This document shows positions 26,601 to 35,600 of a stretch of 51,077 nucleotides of DNA, one piece after another. Each line of letters begins with the position of its first letter. The first letter of the stretch is position 1. Below the pieces are notes generated by a model, which was given only the letters and a program-made list of their open reading frames with translations, was not told the DNA's origin and searched no databases. The DNA is from a bacterium (lineage in GTDB: Bacteria; J088; JAWLBW01). A program made the position numbers and the translations under genes. The DNA lies in contig JAWLBW010000002.1 of assembly GCA_041687475.1 (NCBI GenBank), forward strand, positions 1 to 51,077. The letters are read 5' to 3'.

Positions 26601-29600
26601 CACCGTAGCGGCGATGTCGTCGACGAGAACCTGTCCCTGGGTCGAGCCGAAGTTGGTGCCCGACAAGGTCATCGTGTCGCCGCCCGTGCCGTAGCCGGGC
26701 GAAATGGCGTTGAGATAAGGGATGACCGTGAAAGAAACCGGGGCCGATGGGAAGCCGTTAACGTTCACGCTCAATGGCTGAACGCCCGGCTCGGCATCGT
26801 TGGGCACCTGGAAATCGAACGTAACCTGGTCCCAGCCGCCCACGGTCGCACCGGCGCCCCCGACAAGCAAGGACGACGGCGTGGTTCCGAAGTTCGAACC
26901 GTAAGCCGTAACCGTGTTGCCGCCCGAGCCGCTGGTGAACGAGAGCGAATCGATGACCGGATATACGTCTACCCACTGCGCCTCGGAGTACATACTCGAA
27001 ACCATAACCTCGATCGCCTGCGGTCCGGCCCCGACATTGGCGGGTACCGAGATATCGATGGTGGTACCCGTCCACGAAAGAACCGTAGCGTTCACCCAGT
27101 TGATGAGCACCGAATTACCTACGCTCGTCTCACCAAAGCTCTCGCCCCAGAGCGTCAAGGTATCGCCGGCAACTACCGAAGAGCTCGAGATCGAGGTCAG
27201 GGTCGGTAGTATGTCGAACGACGTGGAATTGCTGTAAACCCCACCAGCAAAGACCTCGATCATCGTGTTTCCGGCTGCAACGCCAGCGGGTATCTCGAAA
27301 GTAATGTTTGTCGGACTCCACGAAACGATGTATGCAGGCAGCCCGCCGACATACACCTCATCGCCCGCGCTACCGCCCAGGTTCGCACCGTATATCTCGA
27401 CGGCATCGCCCGCGCGCGCGGCGATAGTGCCGATATAGTCGATACGGGGTGCGATGTCGATGGACAGCGTGTTCGTCGGATAACCGTACGCCCAGAGCTG
27501 TACCGGCTGCGTGCCGGGCGGCGTATGATCGGCCACGCGAATCTCGGCGGTCGTAGCCGACCACGTTTCGACCGGTTGGGTTACGCCGCCGATGCTTGCC
27601 TCAACGGGGAAGGCGAAGTTGCTGCCGCTCACAAAGAGCAGATCGCCGCCCGAGAGCGTACTCGCGCCAAGGCTGAGAAGCGAGGGCTGCACCGAAAGCG
27701 GAAGGCTGTTGCTGACGTCGCCCCCGGTCTCTACCCAGACCTGAACCTGACCGGCCGGCACCTCTTCGGGAACCGTCGCCGTAATCGCGGTTTCGTCCCA
27801 GAGAGAGATGTTTGCCATGAGCCCGTCGAAGAACACCGCGCTGTCGGATACGGGGAAGCCGAAATTGCTGCCGTACAACGTGATTTCCGTTCCGCCGGTG
27901 GCGCTCGAAGCACTCAGGGATGCAAGCGCGAAGGCGTCGACCAGAACCGACCAGGTGTACGCCGGGCTGGTGTTACCGGCCGGATCGCGGAACTGGACGG
28001 TTACCGCCTTGTTTCCGTTACCCGTCGTGAAGTTCACATACGTCGAGTCGGTAAAGGGTTGCCAGCTGCCGGCGTACCAGTCGGTAATGTCGCCGGTCAG
28101 CATCATCTCGAGCTGCCACCACTCGTGCCACCACTGGTCTTCCGCCTGCAGCGAAAGCATGGCCTGCGACACGCTCACCACGGTGGGGCCGGTAATGCCG
28201 CCCGTCGGCGCGGTGCGGTCGACGACGATTTCCGTGTGCACGCCGCCCGATGCATTGAACGCACCGTCGAGCGCGGCAATGTCGATCTGGTAAAGGCCCT
28301 CGCCCTCGTTGGGAATCGCCTGCGTGAAAGATGACTGTGAAGTCGCTACGAAATACTCGCGCGCGCCGTCGACGTGATTGTAGAACCCGTCGTCTTCGGC
28401 CCAGCCCCGTTGTTCCCCGCTGAGATCGGTATAAGTAGCCATCCAGTAATAGCCCCGGACGACACCACCCACACCCGAGGTAATCGGATCCTGCATCGAA
28501 CCCGAAATCAGAAGCTCGGTGGCCTGCGTCGTGGTGACGTTGGAAACCGGGTCGGTAATCATAAGCGTCGGCGGGGTGAGATCGACGCCCACGGTTTCCG
28601 TGTGCGCGGTTCCCGGATTTCCGAATCCGTCGACGCCGCGGAAGGAGACCGTATGCATGCCCTCGCCGCCCACATCGATTTCGACCACCGACCAGTCGCC
28701 GGTAAGCTCGTTCCAGGCGCCGCCGTTGACCGAGGCCTCGGCGCTCACCGCACCGGGCGCACCCGTGAGGTTGAAGCGAAGCAACGACGACCGCGCAAAA
28801 TCGCGTGTTTCGCCCGTCGAAGCAAGGGCGAGCACGCTTCCATTCACGCTGTACGCGCCCACGAGTAGATCGCCCACGCTATCGCCGTTCAGATCGCCGG
28901 GAACGGCCACGGTTCTTCCGAGGTAGTCGCCCGCGGCACCATCGAAGCGATAAAGATAGCGGCCTTCCTCGGTCGAGTACAGGTGTACCGACCCGGCGGC
29001 ACTTCCCCCATACCAAGTGGCCTCTTCGGTTACGACGAAAGCCTCGACACCGTCGCCCTCGAGATCGCCGGCCCATGCAACGGCAGCGCCGAAGCCACAG
29101 CCGGGGCCGCATTCGGAATACACCACGTGTTCAACGGCGCCGTCGAGCCCGTTGCTGATAAAGAGAGCACCCTTCTCGGTACCGGCCGGCGAGCCGACGA
29201 GAAGCATTTCCATGCCCGGTGTCAGCGACATGCCGTAGTAACCTGTTTCGACCTGTCCGTCGAGCCGGTACAGCAGCGAAGCATCGGTACCGCTGAAGGC
29301 GTACACGCTGCCGGCGTCGGTCACGCCGTAGTCGGCATAGGGCGCCCCCGCCACAAAGTCGGGCGTGCCGTCGCCGTTGAGGTCGGGCGTACCGGCCAAC
29401 GAACGTCCGAGTTCATCGGCCGTGTTGTCGCCCGAGACCTGGAACATCGTGCCGTAGTCGCTTCCGCGAACGACGAACACCCGGCCGCCGAAACTGCTTC
29501 CATTGGCGCCGACGAGAAACTCGTCTTTTCCGTCTTGATCAAGGTCTTCGGCTGCGGCGACCGTCTTACCGTAGTTCTCATTGGCCGCGGTACCGTCGAG

Positions 29601-32600
29601 CCTTGTCAGCTCGATTCGTGTGCCCCCGGAAATTACGTATACCGAGCCGGCGTTGGATGCGGCGAAGTCGGTATCGGGCGCGCCGATGAGCAGGTCGCGA
29701 TAGCCGTCGCTGTCGATATCTGCGACGGTTGCCAGGGAAGACCCGAACTTGTCGCCGGCGGTGGCCCCGGTAAGCGTATGAAGCACCGATCCGTCGGCGC
29801 CCGAGCGTATTTCGACCTTACCGGCATCGACTCCGGCTGCGTCATCGCCCGGAATGCCGACCGCAAAGTCGGCTATGCCGTCGTCATTGAGATCGTCGAG
29901 CGCCGCCAGGCCGCGTGCCATGTCGTCGCCGGTGTTTGCCCCGTCGACACGCCACGCCAGCGTCGCCCCGGTTACAAACGTGCGGAAGGGGGCCTTTACC
30001 GTCAATGCGGGCCCGCTCGTGCTGAGGTATACCGTGTCGCTGACCGGTGAGCTGGCATGGCCCACGGCGTCGTACACGGTAACCCAGACGGTTTTTTCGC
30101 CGTTGGCGGGGCTCAGGTTGATCGAGCTTGTGCCCTGGAAGGGAACGTCGAGCAGAGGGGTGGCAACATCGCCCGTCACATCCATGGTGGCCACGTCGCC
30201 GCTGACCGTCAGGTCGAGCGACACCAGCGACGAGTTGACCGTCGAAGCTCCGCCTGCCAACTCGACTGCGCCCAGCAGCGGCGCTGAAGTATCGAGGGTA
30301 ACCGTGTCACTCTGCAGAATCGTCGTGTTGCCCGCCGCATCGCGATACTGCACGCTTACGGTCTTGGTTCCGTCGCCCGCCGTCACCGTCGCACTGAGCA
30401 TCGACGCATACGGCATCCACGTACCGCGATAGGCGTCGACAATGTCGCCGTCGACCAACATTTCGACCGGCCCGGTTTCTCCGGACGCTTCGAACAACAG
30501 CGTGACGTCTTGCGATGCGGTATAGGGGTACTGCGGCACATCGATGGCGATACAGACTGCGCACTGTGGCGCGAGCGTGTCGATGGTGAATTGAACGGGG
30601 AAAGTCGACGCTCCGGTATTTCCCGCCTGGTCTACGGCCCGCGCCTCGACGAAGTATGCGCCGTCACTCAGTGCCGACAGGGCCCAGCTCCAGCTGGACG
30701 TTCCCGTGGCCGTGAACCAGATAGGCGCCGGCGAGGTGAAGGAGGCCCCGTCGAAGAAGTTAACGCCGTCGGAGAGATTCGACTCGACGAAAACAATTCC
30801 GGAACCGGCGCCGTCGTCTGCCATTCCGTCGACCGACATGACCGCCGTCTGTCGGCTTCCGTCGAGCGGTTGGGTGATTGTCGTCGACGGCGGGGTTACG
30901 TCGAGCGTAACCGAGGCCGCGTTCGCCGGAGAGATGAGCCCTACGACGTCGCGTACCCTCACGTACACGGTCTTCAGGCCGTCGCCGGCCGACAAGGTAA
31001 CTGCGGGCGATGCGGTATACGACTGCCACCCGGCGCCGCCGAAGTCGGCGCTTTCGGAAATCTGCATCTCGGTTGCGCCGATCGCGCTCACCGAAAGCGA
31101 GACGTTGGGCGTATTCACGTACGTCGGCTCACCTGCGATTGAAACAACCGGAGCTCCGGGCGCCACCGTGTCGACAAGCAACGCCCCGGTCGAAGGCGAC
31201 CAGCTACTGCGGTTGCCGGCGGCATCGACCGCAGCCAATCGATAGACATATGCACCGTCGCTCGGCAGGTAGGTATAATCGGGCTGCGTAACGACGGCAA
31301 TGGTCGCGAAGGTGGCGCCATCGTCGGAAGAAGCCTGCAGTACGTATTCTGCGACGCCGCTGCCGCTGTCAATTACACTGCTCCAGGAAATGGTAACCGC
31401 AGTAGAGACCGGATTCGCCGAGAATACCGGCATTTCAGGGGCCGGCGGCGCTGCCGTATCGATCGTGACCGGAAGCGAAATGCTCGAGAATGCCCCCGTG
31501 TTTCCTGCCCGGTCGATGGCGCTCACCACGAAAAGATACTCGCCGTCGGCGGGCAGGTAGCTGTAGACCGGCTCGGTCATGGAGTCGACGTGATACCACG
31601 TCGTACCACCGTCGTTCGAAGCGCCCAGGTTATAGTGGGCAATACCGGCAGCTGCGTCGGTAGCCGGGCTCCACGCGAGTTCGACCGCGGTAGATACCGC
31701 ATTGGCGGCGGCCAGAGGCGTACCCGGAGCCGAGGGCGGAGTCTGGTCGACCAATACGCCCTGGTACAGCTGGGCAGTATCACTCCGGTTACCGAGCAGG
31801 TCGCTCGCGCTGACGCGGAACAGGTATCCACCTTCGCCGAGCGAAGCCGTGTAAGAGGTAACCGCACTGGTTCCGATCACGAACCAGGTAGCGGCATCGA
31901 CCGAAGCTTCCACCCGATAAGTGGAAACGCCGACGCCGTCGTCGACCGAGGGTTCCCAGCTCAGCTGCACCGGACCCGATACCGGACTCTCGGCATAACG
32001 GATATCGTAAGGCCGTGAAGGCGGTGTCGTATCGAGGGTGACGGTTGTCGTCGCTGCCGCCGAAAGGTTTCCGGCCAGGTCGCGATAGCGTGCGTAAACG
32101 GTGCGAAGTCCGTCGCCGTCGACAAATGGAACGCCGTCGCCCGTATAGCCGGGCGTGCCGTTGCCGGCTACCGAGTCGATCTTGCCGCTCTTCACCCGTC
32201 GAATTGCATGATTGCCGGCGTCGGCCAGGAAACCACCCTCTTCGCCCAATGCAAGCCCGGCGAGGCTGTGTAGACGGGCGTTCTGTTCGGGCCCGCCGTC
32301 GCCGGCATAGCCGGGCGTGCCGTCGCCCAACAGGGTTTCCAGGTAACCGTCGGGCCGGATAACGCGCAGCACGTGATTACCGGTATCGGAAATAAGCACT
32401 TCGCCTTCGTTCCAGACCACGGAAGTGGGCGAGTCAAGGCTTGCCGAGGTCGGAATCGTTTCGGCAGCCGAGTACCCGACCGAGCCCGTTCCGGCCATGG
32501 TGCTGATATTGCCGGCCGATTCGACCTTGCGCACGCGATGGTTTCCGGTGTCGGCAATATAGAGGTTGTCGTCGGGGTCGACCCAGACACCCGAGGGAGA

Positions 32601-35600
32601 CGAAAGCTGTGCGTTACGGGGAACGTCGCCGTCGCCGGCGAACCCGGGCAGGCCCGTACCCACGGCAGTCGATATCTGACCGCTGCCGTCGACCTTGCGA
32701 ATGCGATGGTTGTCGCGGTCGGCAATGTAGAGTTCGCCCCCCGAGTCAACGGTAACCTGCGTGGGAAAGTTGAGCTGCGCGTCGACCGCCAGTCCGGCGT
32801 CGCCGTTCTCACCGGCGCCGTTACCGCCTGCAACGGTTGAAACATAGCCGCCTGCGTCGATGCGACGAATGGCGTGGTTACCCGAGTCGGCAATGTAGAG
32901 ATTGCCCTGCCCGTCGAGCATGAGACCATGCGGAGCGTTCAGGCGGGCGCCGGTCGCAAGGCCGCCGTCGCCGCTGTACCCGGGCGTTCCGTCGCCCGCG
33001 ATGGTTTCGATATTGGCAGCCGAGTCGATTCGGCGAATGACGTGATTGCCGGTGTCGGCGATATACAGGTAACCGGCCGGGTCGTAAGCCACCGATTGCG
33101 GGCTGCTTACCTGAGCCGCGAACGAGCCGCCCTTGTCGCCCGAAAGCGTGAACATGGCCGTCGACGAGAAGGTTTCCCAGCTGGTGGCAATCGAGAAGTC
33201 GGCCACGTCGGCGAACTGCATTTCCCAGGCATCGGAGGCGTAGGTATACAGCGGCAATGTCGGGTCGGAAACGGCCACGGGGTTGCCGGCGATTTCGACG
33301 CTTTCGTCAACGGGTGCTGCGGTGTCAAGCTCGACGTTATCGCTCAAGGTGCCGCTGCTGTTGCCCGCGTTGTCATGCAGCTCAACGCTCACCACCTTGG
33401 GTCCGTCGCCCGCGGTCAAGGTTACCGAGGTCGAAAGGGTAAAGGCGGTCGTGTACAAGCCGCCGTCGACGTCGCCGCCGATGACCATGGTGGTCGCATC
33501 GCCCGTAGCCGTGATGTCGAGGGTCACGACCTCGGTGTTGACGTAGGCATCGTTGTTCGCAAGAAAGACATTGCCAAGCACGGGAGAAGTGCGGTCGAGC
33601 GTAATGCTGTCGGCATGGCTCAGGCTGGTATTTCCGGCCGGATCGCGAAATTCGACACTGACCGTCTTCACGCCGTCGCTTCCGGTCAGGTTTACCTGCG
33701 GGGTCGCAGCAAAGGGAATCCATGTACCTTTGAAAGCGTCGACGATGTCGCCGTCGATACGCATTTCGATCTCGTGCTCATCGTTGGCGTCAAGAAGCAG
33801 CGTCACGGCCGTCGTCGCGGAATAGGGATATACCGGCGAGTCGATGACCAGACAAGTCGAACAGGCAGGCGCCAACGTATCGATGGTGAAAGCCGTCGGC
33901 GCTGCCGGTACTTCCCGATTGCCGGCGCTGTCGATGGCGCGGCTTTCGACCTGATAGGCCCCGTCGGTCAGCGCCGGAGGCGTCCAGCTGAAGTTTACCG
34001 AGGTGGCCGCCGGCAGCCATACGGGAGAAGGGCTCGTGAACCCGGCCCCGTCCCAATACAGCAGACCGTCGCTCAGGGCCACCTCGACGCTGTCGAGGCC
34101 GGCGGCTCCGGTTTCGGCCCAGGTACCTTCGACCAGGGGAAGGCCGGCGAGAATATCGTTCGGCATCGGCGTGGTCACTACGGACGAAGGCGCCGTGCGA
34201 TCGACCACCAACGTGGCATCGGGCGACGAAGGACCGGAAATTCCCGCACCGTCGACCGCATGCACGCGATACTGCAGGGTGCCCTCGACCGGTGCGTACT
34301 CGTAGGAGGTAGACGCCGTGGAAATGACCTGCGACCAGGTTGCCCCCATGTCGGTCGAGACGTCGAGCACGTAGTTCTGAATACCGCTGGTGTCGTCAGA
34401 CGCAGGCGCCCAGGAAATGGTAACGGTAGCCGACACCGGGTTGGCCGAAAACACCGGTATACCGGCCACTTCGGGCGGCGTGGTGTCGAACACCAATTCG
34501 TCGGAAAGCGTCGACCATGGCCCGTAGTTACCCGCCTCGTCCTTGGCGGCGACCCGCAGAACGTAGCGCCCATCGGTCTCGGGTGCGTAAACGAAGGAGG
34601 TAGCCGGCTGGAAGGCGATCATCGTAAACGTGCTTCCGCCGTCGGCCGAGTCTTCGAGTACGTAGGAAACGTTCGTGGCGTCGGTAACCGCCGACCACGT
34701 GACGGTAACGGCGGCGGTGGCCGGGTTGCCGCTGAATACGGGCGCCGAAGGCGTCGGCGGGGCCGTCGCATCGATGCGCACGGCCGAAGACCCGGCAGAC
34801 CAGTCGCTGACGTTCAGGGCGTTGTCGCGCGCGCGAATGCGATACACGTACTCGCCGTCTGCGCCGGGAATGTCGGTGAAGCCGAGGTCGGTCGTCGTGG
34901 CAAGAAGCGTCCAGTTCACCCAATCGGACGAGCGCTGCACCTGGTAGTCTTTCGTACCGGTCATGCCGTCGACCACCGCTGTCCACGCAAGGGTAACGCC
35001 GGTGGCCGAGACCGAGGCCGAGGGAACGGGGGCCGCGGGAATCGGCGGCAGGCCGGTATCGACCGTGACCTTTTCCGAATAGCCCGAAGCCGTGCTGTTT
35101 CCGGCGGCGTCAAGGGCGACGTAGCGATAGCGGAAATAGCCGCTGCCCGGCATGTCGACGACGGTTGTGGCCGTCGTAACGCCAAGCTGAGTCCACGTTA
35201 CCCCCTCGTTGACCGATCGTTCGAGGCGGTATGCGTCAATGCCGTTCTCGTCGGTCGCCGCCGGCCAGGAAAGTCCGACCGCAGACGAGACCGGATTGGC
35301 GGCAACGACCGGTGCTCCGTTGACCACGGGCGCCGTCTGGTCGACGACCAGCGCTTCGGAAACCATCCAGCCGCTGGCATTGCCGACCTTGTCCCTGGCC
35401 GCGACGCGTACCTGATACGTACCCTCGCCGGCCGACGTCCACGTATACGATTCACCGGCGACGTAGTTGATGAAGTACCAGTTGGCGCCGTCGGTCGTCC
35501 AGCGCAGTTCATAATTGTTCAGGCCCGAACCGCCGTCGGTGGCCGCGCCCCAGCTCACGTCTACCGACTCGGAAACCGGATTGGCCGAGAACACCGGCAC

